Part shown: positions 37,910-46,643 of the stretch, piece by piece | How the letters are laid out: each line of letters begins with the position of its first letter | Position numbering within the stretch: the first letter of the stretch is position 1 | From: Candidatus Eiseniibacteriota bacterium | Lineage (GTDB): Bacteria > Eisenbacteria > RBG-16-71-46 > CAVPCR01 | Direction of reading: 5' to 3' | Assembly (NCBI GenBank): GCA_963823555.1 | Contig: CAWGMA010000004.1 | Span: 412,974 to 476,973, forward strand | DNA length: 64,000 bases | Program-made: the position numbers and the translations under genes | The notes under the pieces: model-generated | The model's database searches: none | What the model was told of the DNA's origin: nothing | The model's input: the letters and a program-made list of their open reading frames with translations, nothing else

Positions 37910-39382
37910 TCATCCGGGCTCCGTCGTCCGGGTCAGGAATCCGCCCTTCGTCATCCGTCGCGAGTCCAGCACGCGGTCGAGCTCTTCCGGAGGCAGAACC
38001 CTCATCTCGAGGGCCACCTCGCGCACGCTGCGCCCGCTCGCCGCCGCTTCCTTGGCGATATCGGCTGCGGCATCGTAGCCGATGATCGGAGCAAGGGCCG
38101 TGGCAAGCGCCAGTGATCTCTCGATCCGATGGGCGATGGACTCCTCGTCGGCGCGCAGATCGCGCACCAGACGAGCCTCGAAGTTGCGCGTGGCGGCGGC
38201 CAGGATGCCGATCGATCCCAGGAGGTTCAGCGCCATGACGGGTAGCATCGCGTTGAGTTCGAAGTTTCCGCCAGCGCCGGCCAGCGAGACGACAAGGTCG
38301 TTCCCCATCACCTGAGCGCAGACCATGATCAGCGACTCGGCGATGACGGGGTTCACCTTGCCGGGCATGATCGATGAACCAGGCTGCACGGCCGGCAAGA
38401 TCAGCTCGCCCAGCCCGAGTCGGGGCCCCGAGCCGAGCCAGCGCAAGTCGTTCGCGATCTTGGTCAGTGCCACGGCGGTGCCGCGCAGGGCGCCCGACAC
38501 CTCGACGGCGGCATCGCGAGCGGATTGGGCGGCGAAGTGGTCGGTCGCTTCGCGGAGTGGTAGGCCGGTGCGATCGGCGAGGATCCGGATGGCGCGCGGA
38601 GCGAACTCCGGGTGGGCGTTCAGGCCGGTGCCGACCGCCGTCCCGCCGAGCGGCAACTCGGTGAGGGATTCGGCGCTGCGACGGAGTCGGGCGCTGGCTT
38701 GCTCGATCTGCGTCGAGTAGCCGCGGAAGACCTGCCCCAGCGTGACCGGAGTGGCATCCTGAAGGTGGGTACGGCCACTCGTCACAATGGCAGCGAATTC
38801 GCGGCTTTTGCGTGTCAGCGTGGTCTGGAGGGTTTCAAGGGCCGGCAACAGATCGTCGCGGAGTTGTGTCAGCGCAGCGAGATGGATCGCCGTGGGGATC
38901 ACGTCATTGGAGGACTGGCAGAGATTGACGTGGTCGTTGGGATGGACTTCCCGCGAGCCGATGGCGCCGCCAAGCATCTCGATCGCCCGGTTCGCGATGA
39001 CTTCGTTGGCGTTCATGTTGGTCGACGTGCCGGAGCCGGTCTGGAAGATGTCGAGCACGAACTGATCGTCATGCTGCCCGCCGGCCACTTCGCCGGCAGC
39101 GGAGATGATGGCGTCACCCCGCCGCCGATCCAAAAGTTCGAGATCGGCGTTGGCTCGAGCCGCAGCCCACTTGATGAGTCCCAGCGCAGCGATGAATGAG
39201 CGCGGGAAACGAAGGTCCGAGATGGGGAAGTTCTCGATGGCGCGCTGGGTCTGTGCGCCGTAGTAAGCCTTGGCGGGGACGCGAACGTTCCCCATCGAGT
39301 CCCGTTCGATGCGCTCCGGACCCTGTCTTGAGCCCATGGGTTGTTTTCCTCGCCTGACCGGGGAGATGTGGTTGGCGTTCAT
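37910..39382 (-). CDS. Class II fumarate hydratase / aspartate ammonia-lyase family enzyme (fumC-like)
   Basis: 'GSSIMPGKVNP' signature, 'QTGSGTSTNMNANEVIANRA', 'CQSSNDVIPTA'. Features are mixed between fumarase C and aspartase. The start could be a few codons downstream. Confidence 0.85.
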   Translation of the reverse strand: MNANHISPVRRGKQPMGSRQGPERIERDSMGNVRVPAKAYYGAQTQRAIENFPISDLRFPRSFIAALGLIKWAAARANADLELLDRRRGDAIISAAGEVAGGQHDDQFVLDIFQTGSGTSTNMNANEVIANRAIEMLGGAIGSREVHPNDHVNLCQSSNDVIPTAIHLAALTQLRDDLLPALETLQTTLTRKSREFAAIVTSGRTHLQDATPVTLGQVFRGYSTQIEQASARLRRSAESLTELPLGGTAVGTGLNAHPEFAPRAIRILADRTGLPLREATDHFAAQSARDAAVEVSGALRGTAVALTKIANDLRWLGSGPRLGLGELILPAVQPGSSIMPGKVNPVIAESLIMVCAQVMGNDLVVSLAGAGGNFELNAMLPVMALNLLGSIGILAAATRNFEARLVRDLRADEESIAHRIERSLALATALAPIIGYDAAADIAKEAAASGRSVREVALEMRVLPPEELDRVLDSRRMTKGGFLTRTTEPG

Positions 39383-39540
39383 CTGGAGACGCAGCCGACG
39401 ATAGCATGGGCCTGCGCGCCATGGTGGGAACGGGCGGCGCGGGCACCTCCGGGGCGAATTGTCCCGGGATGAGGCATAATGCCCCTGAAAACTGGGGGGT
39501 GCCGGCCACCCAGCTCCAATGCTAAGCTATTAATCAACAA

Positions 39541-39590
39541 TATGTTAAAGGATGTCATCAACATTGGCACGTTCATTGAATAGCACCTCA
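39541..39590 (+). promoter_or_regulatory. AT-rich island with sigma-54-like element TGGCAC-N5-TTGAA (one mismatch to TTGCW) and near-palindrome GATGTCATC
   Basis: Seen in the sequence at 39575-39590. It sits in a 690-nt ORF-poor region between fumC-like (-) and the sensor kinase (+). The -12 element has GA instead of the conserved GC. Confidence 0.2.
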
Positions 39591-40075
39591 GGCGAACGGG
39601 CCCCGGTGCAGCGCACGCAAAGGGGCGACGCTGCCGCGAACCCCTTGAGGGCCGGGGATGGCGCGGCGCGCGCAGCGGGGCTCACCATTTTCGACTACCG
39701 GCGAACGGTCGCCGGGACAAAGCCTAGGTTCACCGGCCCCGGGGAGCGCGTCCCGGGGCCCACCTCCTCCGCGAGCTGCCGATCGTCGTGCGGGGGCGCC
39801 ACATGCCTCGGCGCAGCTGCTTCGGTGCAGTTGCCCATCCCCCGGGGCGTGCTGGTGCCCCCGTCGTTTTTTGTTGTGGTTCGTGCTCGCAGGCGCGGGT
39901 ACTTCGCCGGCCAGAGTCCGGGCGGAGCGCTCCTGGCGATAGGGGCTGCTAGACTCGCTCTCGGAGCTTCGCCTCGAAGCCGGACCTCTGGAGATGTTCA
40001 CTCCCTGACGGCCGGGCTGGTTGCCAGAAGTCCCAGAGTGGGACCGGCTCACCAGTCACAAGAGCCTCACCTGCC

Positions 40076-41755
40076 ATGCGCCTAGGTTATCGCCTGAGCT
40101 TCGCCCTGATCGCAGCCTCCGTGCTCGTTACCACCCTGTTCGGGGTGCTGGCGATGCGCGATGAAAGACGCGATCTGATCAACACGATGAAGCACGAGAC
40201 CTGGATCACGGTGGCCACGCTCCAGCCCGCCATCGAGTTCGCTCTCGTGCGCCGCGACTCCACTCAGGTTCGAGAGCTGCTTGACGGCCTCGGGCACCAA
40301 CGCATTCTCGGCGCCGCCATTTTCCACCCCGATGGCTCCCTCATCATCGGATCCACGGCGTTGCCCGTGACGAGCGCACCAGAGGAGCCCGACGTTCATC
40401 AGGTGCTCGCCGAGACGGAACCTGCGCACGCCTTCATCGATATGCTCGGAGAGCGGGTCTACGCCTATTCGGTGCCTCTCCTCGATCAGGAGGGCAATCC
40501 GCATGCGGTCCTGGCCGTTTATCACCTCACCGGATACCTGGAGGATGATCTGGCGCGAGAGCGGCTGGTTCTCCTCGTCACCCTCCTCGCGGGGAGCGTC
40601 ATTACCGCCGGCCTCGTCTTCTTCATTGTCAACCGTGCCGTGTCGCGACCGATCGACGGCCTGATTCGCAAGGTCACCGCTCTGCGGCGGGGCGAGTTCC
40701 CTGGGGCCGTCACCGCGGGTGAGGAGTCTTCGGCGAGTGCGGACGCCGTCGAGCCGGGCGCCGCTCCGGCGGCGAGCACGCCCGTGGGGGAGCCAACCCC
40801 GGAACCGGGTCCGGTGGCCGCTGCTCCTGTCGCCGCGCACGTGACCCGCGAAACCGCGTTGCAGCCGAACGGCCAGGGGGACGAGCTCGGACGCCTGGCC
40901 CATGAGTTCGATCGTATGGCGGAGAACCTGGAACGTTCACGCGAGGCGCTCATCGAGGAAGCGGGGAAGCGTATCATGGTGGAGCGCGGCCTGCGCCGCT
41001 TCGATCGCATGGCAACCCTCGGCCAGCTCACCTCGAATCTGGCGCACGAGGTCGGCACGCCATTGGGCGTCTTGCGGGGGCGTGCCGAGTTCCTGCTCAG
41101 CGAAGTGTCCGATCGGCCTGAAGCGCGGCGGGAGGTCGAGATCATCATCGCCCAGATCGATCGCATCACACGAACGATCGAACGGTTTCTGTCCGTATCT
41201 CGCACCTCGCCGCATGCTCCGGAGCGGATTGTTGGTGACGAGCTGGTGCGCGAGGCGGCTGCTCTCGTCGATCTCGAATGCCGCCGCCAGGGGATCCGGC
41301 TCACGGTGGAGCCGAACGCCGGGGATCTGGCCATCCGCGGTCAGCGCGATGGCTTCATGCAGGTTCTCCTCAACATGGCGGTCAATGGCTTGCAGGCGAT
41401 GGCGGAAGGGGGCGAACTACGGATCGCTTCACGGCCTGCCGAGCTCCGCGGCATCCCCGCGCTCGAGTTCGAGGTGTCCGACAACGGCAGCGGCATTCCC
41501 GAGGAAATCAAGAAGCAGATCTTCGAGCCGTTCTTCTCCACGCGCGGGACCACCGGACTCGGTCTGTTCATCTCCCACAGCATTGTGCGCGAACATGGCG
41601 GCGTGACCGTGGTGGAAAGCGAGCCGGGGCGGGGGTCGACCTTCACCGTCCGCATTCCGGTCACCGAGCAGGATGAAGGCGGCGGCGACGCCCCGACCGA
41701 GGGCGAGGATCCGGCGGGGGCCGGGGCAGCGAGCCAGCCGCAAGGAGGCAGCTAG
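40076..41755 (+). CDS. Sensor histidine kinase (two TM segments, HAMP-like linker with Ala/Pro-rich insertion, HisKA + HATPase_c)
   Basis: H-box 'LTSNLAHEVGTPLGVL'. N-box 'VLLNMAVNGLQAM'. G-boxes 'DNGSGIPEE', 'GTTGLGL'. Insertion 'EESSASADAVEPGAAPAASTPVGEPTPEPGPVAAAPVAA'. Confidence 0.85.
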   Translation: MRLGYRLSFALIAASVLVTTLFGVLAMRDERRDLINTMKHETWITVATLQPAIEFALVRRDSTQVRELLDGLGHQRILGAAIFHPDGSLIIGSTALPVTSAPEEPDVHQVLAETEPAHAFIDMLGERVYAYSVPLLDQEGNPHAVLAVYHLTGYLEDDLARERLVLLVTLLAGSVITAGLVFFIVNRAVSRPIDGLIRKVTALRRGEFPGAVTAGEESSASADAVEPGAAPAASTPVGEPTPEPGPVAAAPVAAHVTRETALQPNGQGDELGRLAHEFDRMAENLERSREALIEEAGKRIMVERGLRRFDRMATLGQLTSNLAHEVGTPLGVLRGRAEFLLSEVSDRPEARREVEIIIAQIDRITRTIERFLSVSRTSPHAPERIVGDELVREAAALVDLECRRQGIRLTVEPNAGDLAIRGQRDGFMQVLLNMAVNGLQAMAEGGELRIASRPAELRGIPALEFEVSDNGSGIPEEIKKQIFEPFFSTRGTTGLGLFISHSIVREHGGVTVVESEPGRGSTFTVRIPVTEQDEGGGDAPTEGEDPAGAGAASQPQGGS

Positions 41756-41757
41756 GC

Positions 41758-43119
41758 GTGGCCCACTGGAATGTGCTGATCGTCGACGACGATGAGGAGA
41801 TGTGCCGCCTCCTGAGTGAGCACCTGGCCCGAGAGAAGCTGTTTACGTCCTATGTGCTCAGCGCGGAGGAGGCTCTGGATCACGTCGGGCGCTTACCTTG
41901 CGATCTCGTGGTGACCGACCTCCGTCTCGGCGAGACCACCATCACTGATCTGCTGCCCGATTTCCTCCGCCTCCGGCCCGGGCTGCCGATCATCATCATC
42001 ACCGCCTTCGGAACTCTCGATTCGGCGGTCCAGGCGATGAAACTCGGAGCCTTCGACTACATCACCAAACCGTTCCCCCTGGCCGCGCTGTCCCTGGCTG
42101 TGCGGCGCGCACTCGAGCACCGGGAGCTCGAACACGAAGTGCGCGAGCTGCGCCGCAAACTGGGTGAGGAGGGTAGCGCCGCCTTGCGGCTGGTCGGGCG
42201 GAGTCCAGCCATGGCCAGGCTCAGGGACCTCGTGGGTCGTGTGGCTCAGGCCAACGCCAATGTGCTCATCACCGGGGAGAGCGGGGTGGGGAAGGAAGTG
42301 GTGGCGCGGAACCTGCATGCGGCGAGCTCGCGCGCCGAGGCGCCCTTCGTCCCCATCAACTGCGCGGCGATTCCGGAGACCCTGCTCGAGAGCGAGCTCT
42401 TTGGTCACACCCGCGGTGCCTTCACCGGGGCGTCGGCTGAACGCCGGGGGCTCTTTGCCGAGGCCAGCGGTGGCACGCTGTTCCTCGATGAGGTGGCGGA
42501 GATGGCGCCGGCTCTGCAGGCCAAGCTCTTGCGCGTGTTGCAGGATGGAGAGGTGCGCCCGCTGGGGCAATCCCGGGCGATGCGGGTCGATGTCCGCGTG
42601 ATATCAGCGACCAACCGCAACCCCGAAGAGGAAATGGCCGAGGGTCGCCTGCGCGAGGATCTCTTCTACCGTCTGAGCGTGCTGCACATCGAGATCCCGC
42701 CCCTCAGGGATCGACGGGAGGACATCCTGCTCCTGGCCGAGGATCTGCTCGCCAAGGCGGCAAACGAGCAAGGGACGTCCCCGCCGCGGCTCGATGCTGA
42801 AGTGCGACGCATTCTTCTCGATTACCCCTGGCCCGGGAACGTCCGCGAGCTCGACAACGTGATGCGCCACGCGCTGGCGCTGGCCAATGGCACGGAGGTC
42901 GGCCTCGAGGTATTGCCTCCTCGATTGCTCGGGCATGATCGCGAGCGGTCACTGCTCGGGCGAGCGGCTGGATCACAGCTCACGCTCGCCGAGCTCGAAC
43001 GCCTCTACATTCTGGAGGTGCTGAAGACGGAGGGCGGCAGCCGCACCCGGGCTGCCACCGTTCTCGGGCTGGACCGGAAGACGCTCTACCGGAAGCTCAA
43101 GTCCTACGGACAGGACTGA
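41758..43119 (+). CDS. Sigma-54-dependent response regulator (NtrC/AtoC family), cognate to the upstream kinase
   Basis: Starts 3 nt after the kinase stop. Receiver 'VLIVDDDEEMCRLL...DLVVTDLRLGE'. AAA+ 'GESGVGKE', 'ESELFGHTRGAFTGA'. C-terminal HTH 'RAATVLGLDRKTLYRKLK'. Confidence 0.9.
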   Translation: MAHWNVLIVDDDEEMCRLLSEHLAREKLFTSYVLSAEEALDHVGRLPCDLVVTDLRLGETTITDLLPDFLRLRPGLPIIIITAFGTLDSAVQAMKLGAFDYITKPFPLAALSLAVRRALEHRELEHEVRELRRKLGEEGSAALRLVGRSPAMARLRDLVGRVAQANANVLITGESGVGKEVVARNLHAASSRAEAPFVPINCAAIPETLLESELFGHTRGAFTGASAERRGLFAEASGGTLFLDEVAEMAPALQAKLLRVLQDGEVRPLGQSRAMRVDVRVISATNRNPEEEMAEGRLREDLFYRLSVLHIEIPPLRDRREDILLLAEDLLAKAANEQGTSPPRLDAEVRRILLDYPWPGNVRELDNVMRHALALANGTEVGLEVLPPRLLGHDRERSLLGRAAGSQLTLAELERLYILEVLKTEGGSRTRAATVLGLDRKTLYRKLKSYGQD

Positions 43120-43180
43120 GCGCCGCACGGCCATCCACCACGGAAGGACGGAGATTCGCCGTTCCCGGTCCCCTCGCGCG

Positions 43181-43609
43181 TCAGTTCCCTCGTAGCATCT
43201 TCCTTACTTCTTCGACGTGATCGGTCTCGAGGCGGACGAAGCCGCGTGCCATCTCCTCGAGCGCGATGTCATCACCGGCCAGCTTGGCGAGTTTCTTGTA
43301 GAGCTCGAGGGTCTTCTCTTCGTGGATGAGGCTCTCCTTGAGGATCTGGTCCACCGAGTGCATGTTGGTCTCTTCGACTTGCGCCAGGACCATCGGGGGA
43401 TGGCCGCCGAGCGCAGTGATCTTCTCGCCGATCATGATGGCGTGGCTCATGCTCTCCTGGGCCTGGCTGCGGAACCACTGCTGGATCGGGATTCGGTTGT
43501 GACCCATGACCATGAATGAATAATGGAGATAGCGGCTGATCCCGGCCATCTCGCCCTGGAAGATCTGGTGCAGACACTCGAGGATCTTATTGTTGGCAGC
43601 TGCGCTCAT
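43181..43609 (-). CDS. Bacterioferritin-like (ferritin-like diiron) protein, 142 aa
   Basis: 'NNKILECLHQIFQGEMAGISRYLHYSFMV' parallels the Bfr N-terminus ([21 protein letters not shown]). Glu/His metal ligands are spaced as in Bfr. Confidence 0.7.
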   Translation of the reverse strand: MSAAANNKILECLHQIFQGEMAGISRYLHYSFMVMGHNRIPIQQWFRSQAQESMSHAIMIGEKITALGGHPPMVLAQVEETNMHSVDQILKESLIHEEKTLELYKKLAKLAGDDIALEEMARGFVRLETDHVEEVRKMLRGN

Positions 43610-43842
43610 GCGCTCTCCTGTTGGTGGCCGTTTTTTGGGGGGGTTGCGGCTCCAGCCGCGCCCCGGGAGAAACCTGACGCGCCAGGCCCTGTCGCCTACC
43701 GCCCGGGGTTCGTGGCGGCTCGTGGGCGTCGAGGCGCTGGCTTCGCGAACAGAGAAGCCTAGCGGACGCGGCAGGATCGGTCAAACGGCCGGGCAGTCTG
43801 GAACGTGGCGGAGTAGCGCCCGAAGCGCCATACTCCCCGATC

Positions 43843-46611
43843 ATGACCTCAAACCCAAGGCCACGCCGGAAGTCTACCGCATGCCGCCAGGCCGTTCGCG
43901 GGTACCGCGGCGCCGCCGTGGCGCTCTCGATCGCTGTTCTCCACCTGATCCCGGTCTCCGCGGGAGCGCTCACCCTCAGCGAAAGCCGGCTCCCCAATGG
44001 CCTGCGCATCCTCTACGGCGAGAGCCATGCCTCCGGGCTCGTGGCCGCAGCGGCGTTCGTCGGGGCCGGTGCCGCCCGGGAGACGGAGGGGATGAACGGT
44101 GCCGCCCACTTTCTCGAGCATCTTCTGTTCAACGGCACCACCCAGCGCACCCAGGAGGAACTCTATCGGGATACCGATCTCATCGGTGCCTACTCGAACG
44201 CCACGACGCGCCGCGATCACGTCGTTTACCTGATGGTCGTGGGCGCGGAGGATCTCGATGGCGCGCTCGAGATCCAGTCCGACATGCTCTTCCATTCGGT
44301 GCTCCCGCCCGACAAGTTCGAGAAGGAGCGGGGCATCATCCTCGAAGAGCTGGCCCGGAGTCGATCGAATCGGTCCCGCTACGCCGGCGAGGAGCTGACC
44401 CGCCTCCTGGGCCAGGGCACGGCCGATGCCCTGCCCATTCTCGGCACCGAGGAGTCGATTGCATCCCTCGATCGTGACGCCGTCCATGCCTACTACCAAG
44501 AGCTCTATGTTCCTGCGAACATGACGCTGCTGGTCCTCGGGGACTTCATCCCCGAGCAACTGCTGGCGGCGATCGGTCGACATTTCGGCTCGATCCCGGG
44601 CGGAACGGCGCCGCCCCTGGTGCAGAGATCGGCACCCAGCGGCGTGCTCCTCCACGGGTTGGCCTCCGATCGCACCGCCCTGAGGATCCGACTTCCGGGG
44701 CCGGCGCCGGAGGACAGTGCCTTCGCCGCGCTTCTCGTGCTCGAAGATCTTCTCGCCGGGGAAGCGGGACGATTGCGCGCAGCAATGCGCCGTCCGCCGG
44801 AGCTCGCTATCCATGACATCGGAACCAGCGTGAGCCTCGAACCTGGAAAGAGCTACCTCGAGATCGAGGCCGCGTTCGATTCGACCACCAGCATCGAGGA
44901 TGTGGCCGGGCGCGCCCTGGGGGCGGTGGCCGAGATCGCCCGCGACTCGGTGCCGGAGGAGGAGCTGGCCTTCGTCCGCACCCGCCGCGCGGTCAGCGAG
45001 GCGCTGGCCTCCGAGCAAATTCACTACATGGCCTTCACCCGCGCCGAGTTCGTGCTACATGCACCATTCCGCTATGTCGGAGAAGCGGAGGCCGTGCTGG
45101 CAGCCGTCAGCCCGGATGCGGTGGCAGGGTGTGCGACGATGCTGATGACCGATCAGGGAGCGGTGCTCGCGGCGGTCGGGCCCGGGCTGCCAACGGTCAC
45201 GGAAGATCGCGACCCGCGGCAGCTGGCCGTGTTGCCGCCGCCCGGTGCGGAATCGTCCGCAGCCGTCACTGATCCGCTCGCCGGCGGCACGTCGCCGAGC
45301 CGAGCCGATGAGGACCCCACCCGGTCCCTGCCGCCGCGCGTGACCGCGGCCCGAGCTCCCATCACGGAGACGCTCGCCAACGGCATCACGCTGGTCCTTG
45401 CCGCCAACCCGGATTCCGATGTCCTCGCCATGCATCTGGCCGCTCGCGGCCGCACCTACTGCGAGCCGCCGCAACAGTCGGGTATCGCGGATCTCCTGCA
45501 CCGCTCGCTGCTCCTCGGGGCCGGATCCTGGTCGCGTGAGGAGCTCGGGCGTGAGATCGACCAGGCCGGGCTCCAGATCAAGGTCACCGACAATCCAGGT
45601 ATTCCCTACGACGACTACCAGACGAGGCAGGAGTACTCCTTCATCCGTCTGGAGACCGCCGACCGGTTCTACCGCAATGCGTTCTCGGTTCTCGCCGAGA
45701 TGATCCGTGCCCCACGCATCGATGACGAAGGCCTGGCCGAGGTCCGCGCGGAGGCGATTGCCCTCGCCCAGCGACGGGAGACGAGCGCCAGCGAGCAATC
45801 TCAGCTGCTCCTCCGGCGCGAGTTCTACCCGGACTCCGAGCTGCGTGCGGCGCGGCCGCCGCTGGGGACCGCCGCCGATCTGGCGCAGATCACCGTCGAA
45901 GATCTGCGCCGCTTCCATGCCAGCTACTTCGCACCCGAGAACCTGGTCATCGCCATCGTGACCGGGCTCGATCCGGACTCCTTGCTCGCGGCGGCGCGCG
46001 CCGAGTTCATGCGGTTGCCGGCCGGCGGGCACGGCCCCTGCGCGCGCTGGGAGGATATGTTCCCCACTCCCACCACCGAGCCGGCGCGCGTGGAGGTTCC
46101 CGTGGGATCCGAGCAGTCGTGGATCCGGCTGGGAAGCGTGTTCCCGGTGGCTCCTGCGGACGCCGCGGCATTGGAGGTGTCGGCTCTGGTTCTTTCCGGC
46201 CGCATCGCCTTCGAGCTACGCGAACGGCAGGGTCTTGCCTATGCGATCGGCGCCGCCTACGGACAGCGGGGGGACCGGGCGTGGGTGACCGCCGGCATGG
46301 GCACCCGCCCCGAGAACCTGGAGCCGGCGGAGGCAGGACTGACGCAGCAATTACGGGAGTTTGCGGCGAGCGATGTGACGGATGACGAGGTGACCAAGGA
46401 GGTCAAGAGCCACCTCGGGCGGCTGCGAATGCGCCGCGTGACTCGGATCAACCAGGCGATGGGTCTGTGCCTGAATGCGCTCTCTGGATCGAACGCCGGT
46501 GAGGATGCCGAGCCTTCGACATCACTTTCGGCGGTCAAGGCGAGCGATGTGCAGCGAGTGGCCCAGACCTACCTGAGCCGCATGCCGCTCGTCACGGCCA
46601 TTGCCCGCTAG
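43843..46611 (+). CDS. Tandem-domain M16 (pitrilysin/insulinase) family zinc peptidase, 922 aa
   Basis: Inverted zinc motif 'HFLEHLLFNGT' (HxxEH). Two successive M16 active/inactive domain pairs. Signal-peptide-like N-terminus. Confidence 0.85.
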   Translation: MTSNPRPRRKSTACRQAVRGYRGAAVALSIAVLHLIPVSAGALTLSESRLPNGLRILYGESHASGLVAAAAFVGAGAARETEGMNGAAHFLEHLLFNGTTQRTQEELYRDTDLIGAYSNATTRRDHVVYLMVVGAEDLDGALEIQSDMLFHSVLPPDKFEKERGIILEELARSRSNRSRYAGEELTRLLGQGTADALPILGTEESIASLDRDAVHAYYQELYVPANMTLLVLGDFIPEQLLAAIGRHFGSIPGGTAPPLVQRSAPSGVLLHGLASDRTALRIRLPGPAPEDSAFAALLVLEDLLAGEAGRLRAAMRRPPELAIHDIGTSVSLEPGKSYLEIEAAFDSTTSIEDVAGRALGAVAEIARDSVPEEELAFVRTRRAVSEALASEQIHYMAFTRAEFVLHAPFRYVGEAEAVLAAVSPDAVAGCATMLMTDQGAVLAAVGPGLPTVTEDRDPRQLAVLPPPGAESSAAVTDPLAGGTSPSRADEDPTRSLPPRVTAARAPITETLANGITLVLAANPDSDVLAMHLAARGRTYCEPPQQSGIADLLHRSLLLGAGSWSREELGREIDQAGLQIKVTDNPGIPYDDYQTRQEYSFIRLETADRFYRNAFSVLAEMIRAPRIDDEGLAEVRAEAIALAQRRETSASEQSQLLLRREFYPDSELRAARPPLGTAADLAQITVEDLRRFHASYFAPENLVIAIVTGLDPDSLLAAARAEFMRLPAGGHGPCARWEDMFPTPTTEPARVEVPVGSEQSWIRLGSVFPVAPADAAALEVSALVLSGRIAFELRERQGLAYAIGAAYGQRGDRAWVTAGMGTRPENLEPAEAGLTQQLREFAASDVTDDEVTKEVKSHLGRLRMRRVTRINQAMGLCLNALSGSNAGEDAEPSTSLSAVKASDVQRVAQTYLSRMPLVTAIAR

Positions 46612-46643
46612 CCATCGCGGGCAAGGGAGATAGGAAGGGAATC

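Noticed and set aside
39552-40085. 177-aa plus-strand ORF and 154-aa minus-strand ORF in the fumC-kinase intergenic region
   Set aside because: Both are Ser/Arg/Gly/Pro-rich low complexity with no motifs. The region is better interpreted as promoter / leader / possible sRNA.
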